A stretch of 64,000 bases of DNA from Halobacteriovoraceae bacterium (GCA_963719505.1 CAVRCF010000002.1:1-64000), one strand, 5' to 3'. Positions 20,601 through 29,672 are shown, counted from the first letter of the stretch. Numbers and translations are program-made. The notes: a model not told the origin generated them from the letters alone.

Positions 20601-20996
20601 TTTTTTGCAGGCCAGATCGATGCAAGTTCTGGGGGAGGGGGTGTTGCAGGTATTAGTTATCAAAATTCTATCGTAAGTAAGGTTTATGTAGCGCCTGTTC
20701 ATTCTGAAAGCGTTTTTATTAAAAATATCCATGCAACCTCCACGCCTATTTCAAGGGGAACAAACCCTTTAACCTTTAATGACGGAGTTTTTTACTTGAG
20801 AGATAGCTTGTCTTCTCCGTATGTAGAAGCTGGTGTTGAAGAATTCTCACAAACACAAATGATAAATCAAACGAATTTTGATACTATTTACGGTTCTTGG
20901 GACTTCAATCCAGCCGGAGGTCGCGATTGGAAGTTTTCCACATCAGGGTATCCTTACCCCATTTTAGACTGGATGGAAGATGATTGGATGCCTTAG
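17691..20996 (+). CDS. Large surface lipoprotein/adhesin: IPT/TIG repeats, Ig-like (ASH/choice-of-anchor-D-like) domains, GLUG-type beta-solenoid (variant 1)
   Basis: Lipobox-like LGMSC; ITSIYPSNG..GG..V.INGSKF..PC..SSTSATC..P repeats; CTSTLSAGNFCTLTLSFSPT; GSGIDADPWQICSEAQF; IGGLVG; WDF..W..YPILDW ending. Confidence 0.8.
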   Translation: MSSFISLILVFFLGMSCMNSEDAKEVFGSKEAVGDGGESSSLGFLITSIYPSNGGLGGGYVVYINGSKFTSDTTFALGGTPCLSTQILSSTSATCLAPPSGASGLVSVSASKVGDSYSQAGGFRYVGATVITSVSPAITPGTIPTRIVLTGTNFISGSLVNISHPNLPNSPCTSVNVVNSTTLECFTPVLTPNQTDTMSTSGVIPSIEVVTPDGGTSSLLNALTLTPAPIITGISFGGSGVTALPVDGVLNNGVSNFTLTLTGKYFVAGVSVRLASLNVPNCSSFNSNQIRCTTLPAMSSAGGFNFVITNLDGQSSSFNTNFVNKPISTGFSPTKTVFTGGDVTISGSGLSVVSPPTISIFKDSDNSYVAPCTIVSSLPVICRAPDLGEAMDVFFRIVNEYGYRADTGVYDFSGSTALKLSGDTNLERVAIGSTFNKSFIFANPSGTVDAENLAFDFSGFSTPAFSFVSNDCTSTLSAGNFCTLTLSFSPTALDFYESGNFTVSYDNGISNVSTTYSLKGRGVKLELGPPTLNFSVIPFGMNHAGRAPGFLRAIVINNDSNASVQIDSTNLSNTTDFNYYGGSYPGVFATPFSHQCPASNIIPANTYCVVVIEFKPQSTGAKTANFSLNYNSGHSTRNVVLSGSGGDPSITTCNPAALPYGGGSGIDADPWQICSEAQFLAAISETNDHANTSAGDDDFILMDDITFSAGVSNDITLFNSAFSFDGNGYKLIDYALIDPGQTNVSVIGGPNRGGSSIRRVQALNMQLSGLSAAPLGTSGSYDSFLQGQVLASGSASGAAVNSAGYLGLMNLQFIGDITSTSSFAVGALDYNQSVTMNEGLIVANMTGQTGVSGAVREGRSAVADYYVYAELNSPSGSANGIGGVGTINSHFYGKIDAAGELSGISRAQGFSNCSARGVFSSVNGRVGGLSSLIIPGHYIHNSYSTAKLKSASVEIGGLVGRFDGLELKNSFFAGQIDASSGGGGVAGISYQNSIVSKVYVAPVHSESVFIKNIHATSTPISRGTNPLTFNDGVFYLRDSLSSPYVEAGVEEFSQTQMINQTNFDTIYGSWDFNPAGGRDWKFSTSGYPYPILDWMEDDWMP

Positions 20997-21301
20997 GTTT
21001 TAATACTTATTACCAAACTGTAAAAAATATTCGTTCATCCTTTTTGCCCCAAATAATGAGAGTTGGTAATTTGGTAGATTGAATTTTATAAACAAAGCGC
21101 TCAGAAGAGGCTTGTTTAAATTTTTATTTAATCGCTCTCCTGAGAATTCGACACAATTTAGAAAATTAAAATATATGAGAGATGTTGCAAGCTTCTTAGT
21201 TTTCGGGGAAAACGCGCTGTGTAGTATTTAAATTATCATTTTCTTTTCTTTTTCTAATATTGCCAGTATCTAGATTATAATGTAGCGTCGGCCAATATTG
21301 T

Positions 21302-21730
21302 TTGTGGAGCTCTTCAATGTTTTTACGTGTATTTATCTTTTTCTTTTCAGTATTTATTTCATTTCACTCCAACGCAGTCGAGTTATACTCAGTTAATTTA
21401 CATAGAGGACTTTATCATGTTTACCATCAAAAAGTTGAGTCTCTACTAGGAAAGCAGTGCTCAGACTTTATAAATACCAATATAGAGATCTCACAATCAA
21501 CTATTAATACTAACTTCGACTCTGTAACCTTAGAGATTTTTTTTGAGGGAGACGATGAGTATTGGGTTTCTAAGCAGGTTTTCGAGGATTCAAATAGTTT
21601 TAGTTTTATACAAAATGGAGCTATCGAACATATTGTTTTTAAGGCCGTTCTGCAGCCAAGTGGGATTTATCATCTTTACTACTATCGAAACGCATGCATC
21701 TACAATTTATCAGTGGAAAAGGTTAAATAG
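21302..21730 (+). CDS. Secreted hypothetical protein (start may be ATG 21317)
   Basis: Hydrophobic signal peptide ending SNA. Confidence 0.65.
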   Translation: MWSSSMFLRVFIFFFSVFISFHSNAVELYSVNLHRGLYHVYHQKVESLLGKQCSDFINTNIEISQSTINTNFDSVTLEIFFEGDDEYWVSKQVFEDSNSFSFIQNGAIEHIVFKAVLQPSGIYHLYYYRNACIYNLSVEKVK

Positions 21731-21807
21731 GAAAAGATTTACCAAGTATCCCGGAAATTCCAACATTACGCAGTCCAAATCTTCAGATTAGTTAAAAAAA
21801 GTATGAA

Positions 21808-23448
21808 TTAGGGAAATGAAAGCCAAGGCTTGTATTGCTTATACTCAGGTGTCTGAGGCTTTGCTTTAGGGTCTATCCACAACATACTTTCATTATTCTT
21901 ACTTTTATTCTTTATACCTACATCTTTATTGGTTTTATTTTCAGGATGACTCGATACTTTTTTAATGGGTCTATACGTTTTAATATTTAGTGGATTCTGA
22001 CAGTCTGAATAAGGGTCCTCTAGGGATCCTGTACAGAGTACATTTCTCGTATAACCGGAGCTAAATTTGACCTTCTTAACTATGCTCATCTGTGAATTAT
22101 CGTTAGACATTTTTGCATATTTTTCGATATAGGAATAGTTTTTAAGAAAAATCACTTTTTCATACTCACCAGTTCCACCATCTACTGTAGTAAAATTTAA
22201 CTTTCTAATTTTGTTAAGATCACTTGAACTTGGCATTAGACCCATGTAACTAAAGATCTTAATATCAATAAGGTCTCCGCCGATATTTTTATTGAATTGG
22301 TCTCTGCTAACTCCTTCTGAGTCAAAGCGGTCCATACTAATACTTGGAAAGTATCCTAGAAGTGTTTTTCCAAAACTTGTGATCGCTCCGTCTACTTGTA
22401 GAGGAGGTTTCTTAAAGTTTTTAAATATGTTCTGTAAGTCATATGGGGATAACTTTCCATTAATTAAAGCATATTTTATAGCTGGCATTAAAGTTAAAAT
22501 ATCCTGAAAACTTGATACGGAATTGTGAAGATTTTTGACTTTTATGCTTAATTCATTCTTAAAACGATTGTAGTCATTACCATAACTAACTCCATTATTG
22601 TCGAATTGTAAAAGTGTACACATTATATCTCTTGTTCTTTTTATTTTATTACACTTTATGTTGATATCGTTACCAACAATAGCTACTTTATCATTTTTGC
22701 TGGAGGCTGGTAATGAGTTTCTAAAGTCAATCATACAAGAAACAACTTTTTCAGAATTGTTGATTGCATCAAAGTCTGAAAATGCATTAGTCAAACTTTG
22801 TTTTCTAAAAAAGTTTTTATATCCATTTACGATTGCTGAGCCCGAAGCTCCAACTCCGTTTGCTCCGATATTAGTTGATGAAATTAGATTGTTTTTATCG
22901 TCGCACACTAGTGAATCAGGGTGACTAAGGAGAATTGAAGCACCTGGACTCATTCCCGATTTTGGAGCTGAGGCGCCAAGGTTTCCATCCATAGAGCATA
23001 CACCGGTTCTGCACGCAGAGTAGTGGTTCATTTTGGCACTAAAGACATTTTTTTTACAACCTTTGTCGCAAGATGCTCGAATTAAATCCAAACTATTTAA
23101 GACATTAGATGACCCATCGTGATCTCCTTCGGTTCTCCAGTACGTTTGACCTTCATTGTCGACAGAACCGTGACTTGAGAGCACGAGCATGTCACAAACC
23201 TTTCCACTTCTTTCTGCATTTTCACATATTGTCTTTACAATATTATCAGATGACTGCCTGTCACTTACAAAAGACTTCTCGTCCACGGAGGAGTAAAGCT
23301 CAACCACATCATAAAGATCCTTTCTACTTTTAAAATAATTAATTTCGTCATTGGAGTTAATAGTGATTCCACAGACAACGGGTTTTTTGGCAATGGCCAG
23401 ACTACTCAGAATTATGAGCCCGGTAATTATAAAAAAATTCAACTTCAT
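21808..23448 (-). CDS. Secreted Cys-rich protein with possible caspase/CHAT-like (clan CD) His-Cys dyad
   Basis: SD GAGGA; signal peptide; CDMLVLSSHGS and NHYSACRTG. Confidence 0.5.
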   Translation of the reverse strand: MKLNFFIITGLIILSSLAIAKKPVVCGITINSNDEINYFKSRKDLYDVVELYSSVDEKSFVSDRQSSDNIVKTICENAERSGKVCDMLVLSSHGSVDNEGQTYWRTEGDHDGSSNVLNSLDLIRASCDKGCKKNVFSAKMNHYSACRTGVCSMDGNLGASAPKSGMSPGASILLSHPDSLVCDDKNNLISSTNIGANGVGASGSAIVNGYKNFFRKQSLTNAFSDFDAINNSEKVVSCMIDFRNSLPASSKNDKVAIVGNDINIKCNKIKRTRDIMCTLLQFDNNGVSYGNDYNRFKNELSIKVKNLHNSVSSFQDILTLMPAIKYALINGKLSPYDLQNIFKNFKKPPLQVDGAITSFGKTLLGYFPSISMDRFDSEGVSRDQFNKNIGGDLIDIKIFSYMGLMPSSSDLNKIRKLNFTTVDGGTGEYEKVIFLKNYSYIEKYAKMSNDNSQMSIVKKVKFSSGYTRNVLCTGSLEDPYSDCQNPLNIKTYRPIKKVSSHPENKTNKDVGIKNKSKNNESMLWIDPKAKPQTPEYKQYKPWLSFP

Positions 23449-23632
23449 ATAATTCCTCGTACGCTTTATTTGATCCAGTTCTATATTAACTCATCTCAAA
23501 AAATCGATCAATATGACAGTTTCAGAGGTAAAAAATGTCTATTTTCTATACCTCTGTTTATATGATGTGCAGTCGCTTTTAATTGAGCGCTACTAAAAAC
23601 GCGGTGTTGAGTGACTATAAAAATGACCAGAT

Positions 23633-23647
23633 TGGTACGATTCTTGC
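23633..23647 (+). promoter_or_regulatory. Sigma54 (RpoN)-like -24/-12 promoter
   Basis: TGGTAC-GATTC-TTGC, 35 nt before the start of 23683. Confidence 0.55.
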
Positions 23648-23682
23648 TGAATACTTAATAGTAATAATTTTAGGAGTAACTT

Positions 23683-25656
23683 ATGAAAAAATTTGTTTGC
23701 TTATTACTGCTGTACATAATTTCAGTAACTTGTGCTTGGGCCAATAATTTTGAATCAAATACGCGAAAGGAAATAAACTCAGTTCGTTATCAGCTTTCGA
23801 AGATAAAGAACAATATTTATATTAGTAATAATAAGTTTGAAGAGAGTTTACTAATTGAGCAAAAATATAAAATGTCTCTTCGAGATTTTGATAGAGATAT
23901 GTATCGAAATTTGAATGTTTTGAAAGCCTTGGCCAAAAGATCTCATTCCAGTGTGAAAAGAAAGCTAAACTTCAAAGACAAAGTTCTTTACCTGTCTTCA
24001 TTGAGCTACCTGAAATGTCTCGCCAATCTAAATAACAATTTATCAATAAAAAATTGTCATGAGCCACATAGAAAACATGATTTACTTATGTCCTTGATGC
24101 CTAAGATCAGTAAACTGAAAAAGAAACTAGAGGTTAGTAAGGACGATATTGAAAAAGCGATCTATTCAGTTCAAAATGACAGAAGACAGGTGATCAGTTT
24201 ACTTGTTGAACTTAGAAAGAAAGAGAATCAACTTAAAATCCAATACACCAGCTTATTAGATAAGGATAGAGAGATATCATTAAGGGCTGAAATTGATGAG
24301 CACAAAGCTAGATATGCGAAATTTTATAATTGCAATGAGGATGGGTATACTCTCGATTTAGAAAATGAAACCATTCATAACACTCTGCCAACCAGAGGTC
24401 CTTTTTATAAGCTTCAGCGTGATAGCCAAGGAGCTTTGGGAACCTGTTACGCCAATACAGCTAAAAACTTAATCGTGGGAATCACAAAAGGCGACTCGAT
24501 TGCTTCATTTTTAGACCTAGCTGCAATTTACAAGGAGAATACAGCAAGTCTAGAGTCTCTTGATGGGGGATTTACTTGTAAAGTTTTAGATCTGATTAAA
24601 GAAAAAGGTTACTGCCCTCAGTCTTATTCGCCCTTAGAGAAAAACAGCTATTCTGTGAATAAGACATTTTATATGGATACTGATATTATTGATTTTTTAT
24701 ATAGATACCATGATCAATCAAGTGAACTCGAATTGGTATATCGAAATTTAGATTCTTTTTGGAATGAGTTTGATGATAGATTAATTAAAACGGGAACATT
24801 TCTTGTCGATAAAGTGGGTTCTCCTTTAGACTCAAACCTTTATTCTAACCTTTATAAATGGAATTACCTCACTTCTTTATCTGAGGGAGAATCAAAGGTT
24901 TCAGAGCCGAGCTTTATCGCTGAGTTAGATGCTGCACAAATTAAGTTTTATGAAAAACTACTAGATTTATCAGATAGTGAAGATCACTTGGATCCTGAAA
25001 GAGTTAAAAACATTTTTCATACTGTTTTGAAAAATACTATAAATAAGTACAGCTTAAATGCGAAATTTAAAGAAGGGTCACTTCTCAGCTTAAAACTGGA
25101 GTACTTTTTTAAAAAATTAACTAAGCGATCTTTTCTTCATGAGTATACCACTGTTCTGAGGGGGGTGCTTTTGGGAAGAGGTCAAATTGAGCAACTTTAC
25201 AAAGACGGTATTTACGATGAACACTTTTTAAAAGTTTTTGCCAGCGAGATGCGGTTTAGAAGGCTAGTTGCTCAAAATGGGCTATCAGTATCTGGGAGAG
25301 ACATCAAAGGGATGAGTAAATTACAGTTTGTTATGAGTGTTGCTGCTCCAAAGTGTTTGGATCAAAGAAATAGGAAAAACATCGAAACCCCTTTTTCGTG
25401 TCAATCATTAGATACCAAAAAGAATAAAGGTGTGATTCATGACAGAATTATAATGAGTTTGATAAAGGGGCTTCCTGTTGGAAATACTTTTCCAACAGGG
25501 GCTTTAACTTCACATATCAATACTATTGTCGGAAGCCGATTTTACCAAGGTAAGTGTGAATATAAAATTCGAGAGTCACAAAATGGTACTTCAAGTTGGC
25601 ACAGTAGAGATACTATCATTCAAAAAATGTCGGATATCACTATTGTTGAGCGTTAA
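23683..25656 (+). CDS. Secreted papain-like (C1-type) cysteine peptidase with N-terminal coiled coil
   Basis: Signal peptide; RDSQGALGTCYANTA (Gln, Cys); LDGGFTC; SHINTIVG (His); YKIRESQ where NSWG is usual. Confidence 0.65.
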   Translation: MKKFVCLLLLYIISVTCAWANNFESNTRKEINSVRYQLSKIKNNIYISNNKFEESLLIEQKYKMSLRDFDRDMYRNLNVLKALAKRSHSSVKRKLNFKDKVLYLSSLSYLKCLANLNNNLSIKNCHEPHRKHDLLMSLMPKISKLKKKLEVSKDDIEKAIYSVQNDRRQVISLLVELRKKENQLKIQYTSLLDKDREISLRAEIDEHKARYAKFYNCNEDGYTLDLENETIHNTLPTRGPFYKLQRDSQGALGTCYANTAKNLIVGITKGDSIASFLDLAAIYKENTASLESLDGGFTCKVLDLIKEKGYCPQSYSPLEKNSYSVNKTFYMDTDIIDFLYRYHDQSSELELVYRNLDSFWNEFDDRLIKTGTFLVDKVGSPLDSNLYSNLYKWNYLTSLSEGESKVSEPSFIAELDAAQIKFYEKLLDLSDSEDHLDPERVKNIFHTVLKNTINKYSLNAKFKEGSLLSLKLEYFFKKLTKRSFLHEYTTVLRGVLLGRGQIEQLYKDGIYDEHFLKVFASEMRFRRLVAQNGLSVSGRDIKGMSKLQFVMSVAAPKCLDQRNRKNIETPFSCQSLDTKKNKGVIHDRIIMSLIKGLPVGNTFPTGALTSHINTIVGSRFYQGKCEYKIRESQNGTSSWHSRDTIIQKMSDITIVER

Positions 25657-26083
25657 GCCTCTCATCTTGGATAATCAATGTGGTAAGAGTTTTCATGTCA
25701 GTGTTTGATGAATGAATGAGGTGAATTATTTTAAAGTCACTACTATTTTGATCACCGTTCATGTAGAGATAAGAAAAGTTACCAGGTGGTAAAACTTCTT
25801 GTAATTGACTAGCACAATCTGATATGTCGATTGTCGTCACCAGATCTTTACAAAAACGAGGGTAAAATGATAACTGAGTAAGATGCTTGTTAGATAATTC
25901 GGTAAAATTCATATTATCAACAATCTTTGAATCATAGATTGTAGCTTCACTTGAGTCATTTAAAATCAGAGATAAAATAGTATGATTAGCTTGGTCAGTA
26001 TAAAAAATTTCGGTAATAATACTTTTACTAGCATGAGCAGTAGAGAATAGTTGAAATGCAATTAGTATTAGAGAGTTCTTCAT
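25640..26083 (-). CDS. Secreted hypothetical protein
   Basis: SD AAGGA; signal peptide ending AHA. Confidence 0.65.
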   Translation of the reverse strand: MKNSLILIAFQLFSTAHASKSIITEIFYTDQANHTILSLILNDSSEATIYDSKIVDNMNFTELSNKHLTQLSFYPRFCKDLVTTIDISDCASQLQEVLPPGNFSYLYMNGDQNSSDFKIIHLIHSSNTDMKTLTTLIIQDERLNAQQ

Positions 26084-26276
26084 GATGTGGTCCTTTGTTT
26101 AGTATTACTTTATTTCCTTATAGCTTCAATTATTTGGAAAATGAATTTTTTTTGACGTATTAAGTAAAAACAACACATTAAATAGAGTTTGTTTACCACT
26201 CCTGAGTTTTACCTTTTTTATAGCTCTTTAGCGATTGTATTCTAAATATTACTCGAATAAATTCCGATACCGTATT

Positions 26277-28313
26277 GTGAAAAATTGTAAGACTAGTTTA
26301 TTTTTACTCTTTAGTTTAGTGCTTGTTTTGCCAAGTCTATCTATTGCTGGTCCTGAATATGAGAAAATTATCAAAGATTTTCCAGATGAAATTCAAAACT
26401 CAAGAGCACTTGGTAACGCTGAATTTGAAATGGAGAGAAATTGTACTCAATTCTTAACTAAATCAAATGTTGTATTGCAACCTGATACTAAATCTAATGG
26501 TAATTCAAACTGCCTTGGTGGTCGGGAGCTTTTGAAAAATGAGGAAGTAGACGAATTAACAAGTAATTCTTTATTTGTTACAAAATATCTCCAAAATCAC
26601 TCAGATAACGTCTCTGTCTCACATCCAGTTAAAAAAGTTGCTGACACGAAATATTTACGTTGGTCCAAGTTATGGGATTCAAAACAAGAAGACTTTAAAA
26701 AGTACAACCCCAATGAGTCCACTGATGAATCCGAAAACCTTTTAGAGTCTTTAAACAGTACATCTACTGAGTTAATTGATTTTGTAATAAAAAAAACGAC
26801 TAAAGCTTTAAATAAACACAAGGCAATTCTTAGTTATTACGAGATGCACTCTGGTTACGTACTGAAGACTGTCAACGAACACCTTTATAAAGTCTCTAAG
26901 AATAATCCTTATTGTGAGCCGCAAATAAGGTTGAAAGCCATTAAGAACTCAGCAATTCGATCGAAAGGTTTAGAGCCATTTTTCACAAGTACAGATCGAA
27001 TGGTAGTGGAGGCGTTTAAAAATCCATGGTTTGTAAGGGTGCTTATGGGAAGTGCGGTTGGAGGTGTCGGCTACTCACTTGACGAAATACTCCGAGGGAA
27101 TGTTTTAAAGCCTTTTGATCCAGAACATATGCTTAGTAAATTATGTACATTTTGGCGTGGTTGGGAGAATAATGAAGGAAAAGCTCGACGAGGTCATAGA
27201 TCTTCTCATTTTATTAAAGCTAAAAAGAATCAAATTCAAGATATTGAAACAACTCTTGCAAATCTGAAAAATAAAAAAATGGAGCTTAAATCAAATAGAT
27301 TGGCCAAGGATCTAGGTACCATTGATGAATTAATGGCTCCTTTTATAATAGAGAATCCAGCCGTAATTAAATCGTTTCTTGCGCAAAAATTTGCAGACAA
27401 AGCTAGGGGAGTGCCTGGGGCACTGGGGATGCACTCTGGTAATCTTTGTTTTTTACTCAATATAGCTAATAATCATAAAACAGAGGATGAAGACTTTAAG
27501 ACCAACGTTAGCTTAGTCATGAGTGGCGTTGGGTTGGTAGGATCTATTTTGGCTCCAGAAATTGGTGTCGTTCTCTTTGCGGGGCAAGGAGTTTATGAGG
27601 TGGGAACTGAGCTTAATGAAATTGCAAAAATAAAAGCTAATAAACTTGATGATACAAGCTCTAATGCTATTAGCAATGATCTTAAAATCAAAATTCTTTC
27701 AGGGGAATTATTTGTGAAAGAGAACAAAGTCAATATTGGTATGCTTACTGCCGCCGCAGGCTTTGTGTTTTCAGCAGTAGATATTCCAGCATCAAAAATC
27801 AAGAGTGCTTTTAAAATAAGTGATAAAGGTTTTAATAGTAAACAACTAAAGAATTTAATAAAGAAGGAGCATGGAAGTTATTTCACGAACGTTGATAACA
27901 TTGTAAATGGCCTCCCTCAGGATGCGGCTCCAGATCTGAGAGATTTACTGGGAATTTGTTTTACACCGAATATTTCTAAAGCCACTTCTCTCAAATATAT
28001 CCACGAGGAGTTATGTGGCGAGAAAAATCTATCAAAGCTAAAGAAATTCATATCTTCTTGTAAAGTACCTAAGACGGCTTTTAATTGTTTAAAATCTAGG
28101 TACTTCAAAGTAGACGATTATGATGCAGATCTTGAGAAGTATGTAGAAAACCCAAACATAAGAGCACTATTTTTAAATACTAAAAGAGGATTGAAAATTG
28201 ATGAGGTGAAAAAATTAAATGATGAATATAACCGACTGATTAAGGTTGGAGTCTCAGAATCAAAAGCCAAAACTCTTTTAAGAAAAAAAATAAATAGTTG
28301 CAGGTTGCGATAA
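26277..28313 (+). CDS. Large secreted protein with C-terminal Gly/Ala-rich hydrophobic helices (possible membrane-inserting effector)
   Basis: Probable GTG start 26277 (track start 26235); signal peptide; VSLVMSGVGLVGSILAPEIGVVLFAG and IGMLTAAAGFVFSAV segments. Confidence 0.7.
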   Translation: MKNCKTSLFLLFSLVLVLPSLSIAGPEYEKIIKDFPDEIQNSRALGNAEFEMERNCTQFLTKSNVVLQPDTKSNGNSNCLGGRELLKNEEVDELTSNSLFVTKYLQNHSDNVSVSHPVKKVADTKYLRWSKLWDSKQEDFKKYNPNESTDESENLLESLNSTSTELIDFVIKKTTKALNKHKAILSYYEMHSGYVLKTVNEHLYKVSKNNPYCEPQIRLKAIKNSAIRSKGLEPFFTSTDRMVVEAFKNPWFVRVLMGSAVGGVGYSLDEILRGNVLKPFDPEHMLSKLCTFWRGWENNEGKARRGHRSSHFIKAKKNQIQDIETTLANLKNKKMELKSNRLAKDLGTIDELMAPFIIENPAVIKSFLAQKFADKARGVPGALGMHSGNLCFLLNIANNHKTEDEDFKTNVSLVMSGVGLVGSILAPEIGVVLFAGQGVYEVGTELNEIAKIKANKLDDTSSNAISNDLKIKILSGELFVKENKVNIGMLTAAAGFVFSAVDIPASKIKSAFKISDKGFNSKQLKNLIKKEHGSYFTNVDNIVNGLPQDAAPDLRDLLGICFTPNISKATSLKYIHEELCGEKNLSKLKKFISSCKVPKTAFNCLKSRYFKVDDYDADLEKYVENPNIRALFLNTKRGLKIDEVKKLNDEYNRLIKVGVSESKAKTLLRKKINSCRLR

Positions 28314-28345
28314 AATAATGATTAGTTTAAGAAGGTGGTTTTACA

Positions 28346-29602
28346 ATGTTCATTAATAGATTACTGATCCCAACAATTGTTATATTTTCTTCTTTAAAAG
28401 CGCATGCCGAGTTTAGTTGGTTTAGTGATTTCGATGATTGTGTGGACCCTGAACCTATTTTAAAGCTTCTCGATAATGATGTAGATAAAATCAAAGATAT
28501 TAATATAGAAGATATTCGATTACAGCTTCAAAAGTTTGATGAAGGTTCTCTTGAGGCGGCGAGCTTTACCGCTCGTCTTTTTAGGGGAGGAGATGATGAG
28601 ATGTCTATGGAATTTATTCTATCCAAGTGTGCCAAAGCTCAGAATCAAGTAAACTGCCTAGATGATTTTATTAATTCACGAGTTGAAATGGATAGTAACT
28701 TATTAAACCACTCTGATTATTCAAAAGTTTTTAAGAAGAAAAATAATGCAATCTATAGTGATTATCGACTTCTTGGGATTGTAGGAGGTAAGTCGAATTT
28801 AGATAAAGGGGCACACCAGCACTTTACTCATTCGATAAAAAGCCGATTTTCGAATACAGAAGCAGAAGAGATCCTAAGCTATTATAAAGGTTGCTTAGGG
28901 ACCCCACCAGCAGCTTCAAATGCCATTAATTGTATCAAATTTACACTCGAAAAACACAAAGAAATTATTACAAATGATCAGTATACAGCCATCAGAGGCT
29001 ACACATTTGAATACGATGCAATGATGAATAATCAACTAAGACATGGTAAGTTCGATAATAGGAATAATGTGAACATAACAGATATGACGATTGAACGAAG
29101 AATAGAGGTTTTATCCAAGACTATTGATGATAATAAAATACCTGATGATCAAATTGTTTATCGATTTAGTGCCGTTCCGAATGAACGATTTAAAGAAATT
29201 AAAAATGCAACAAATACAGGGGATGATGTCCTAGTCGATAAAGCTTTCCAATCAACTGCTTATGAGTTGAATTATTCAAATTATAAAACTTTTGCTCGAG
29301 TAAAGGATGATAAAAATACTGATGTGTTAACTTTATATGTAATAAACTCAGACAATGGTATGAATGTTGCTCACATTTCAAAATTTTCAGGTGAAGCTGA
29401 AGTACTTCTGAACAAAGGCTTAAAGTTTCAAGTTCAAAAAACGAACTCTGCTTTAGATGTTTGTAATAGTGTGAATTTGTCTCTTAATCCAGGCATTAGT
29501 TCTGAGCTTCAAGTTGTAGCATTGCAAGATTCTGAGCTAGCAATGAAAAAACCACGAAAAATCAAATACTCATTCAGTTTGATTAGCTTCTTATGTAAAT
29601 AA
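28346..29602 (+). CDS. Secreted ADP-ribosyltransferase, VIP2/exoenzyme (R-S-E) type
   Basis: Signal peptide; AIRGYT..Y..MNNQLR, IVYRF (Arg), DKAFQST (STS-like), ISKFSGEAEVLL (ExE). Confidence 0.8.
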   Translation: MFINRLLIPTIVIFSSLKAHAEFSWFSDFDDCVDPEPILKLLDNDVDKIKDINIEDIRLQLQKFDEGSLEAASFTARLFRGGDDEMSMEFILSKCAKAQNQVNCLDDFINSRVEMDSNLLNHSDYSKVFKKKNNAIYSDYRLLGIVGGKSNLDKGAHQHFTHSIKSRFSNTEAEEILSYYKGCLGTPPAASNAINCIKFTLEKHKEIITNDQYTAIRGYTFEYDAMMNNQLRHGKFDNRNNVNITDMTIERRIEVLSKTIDDNKIPDDQIVYRFSAVPNERFKEIKNATNTGDDVLVDKAFQSTAYELNYSNYKTFARVKDDKNTDVLTLYVINSDNGMNVAHISKFSGEAEVLLNKGLKFQVQKTNSALDVCNSVNLSLNPGISSELQVVALQDSELAMKKPRKIKYSFSLISFLCK

Positions 29603-29672
29603 TATAAATTGACATGCTTTCGACCTACTATTTGCAAAGTTAAATATAAAAACACATGAAATTTTGTATAGC

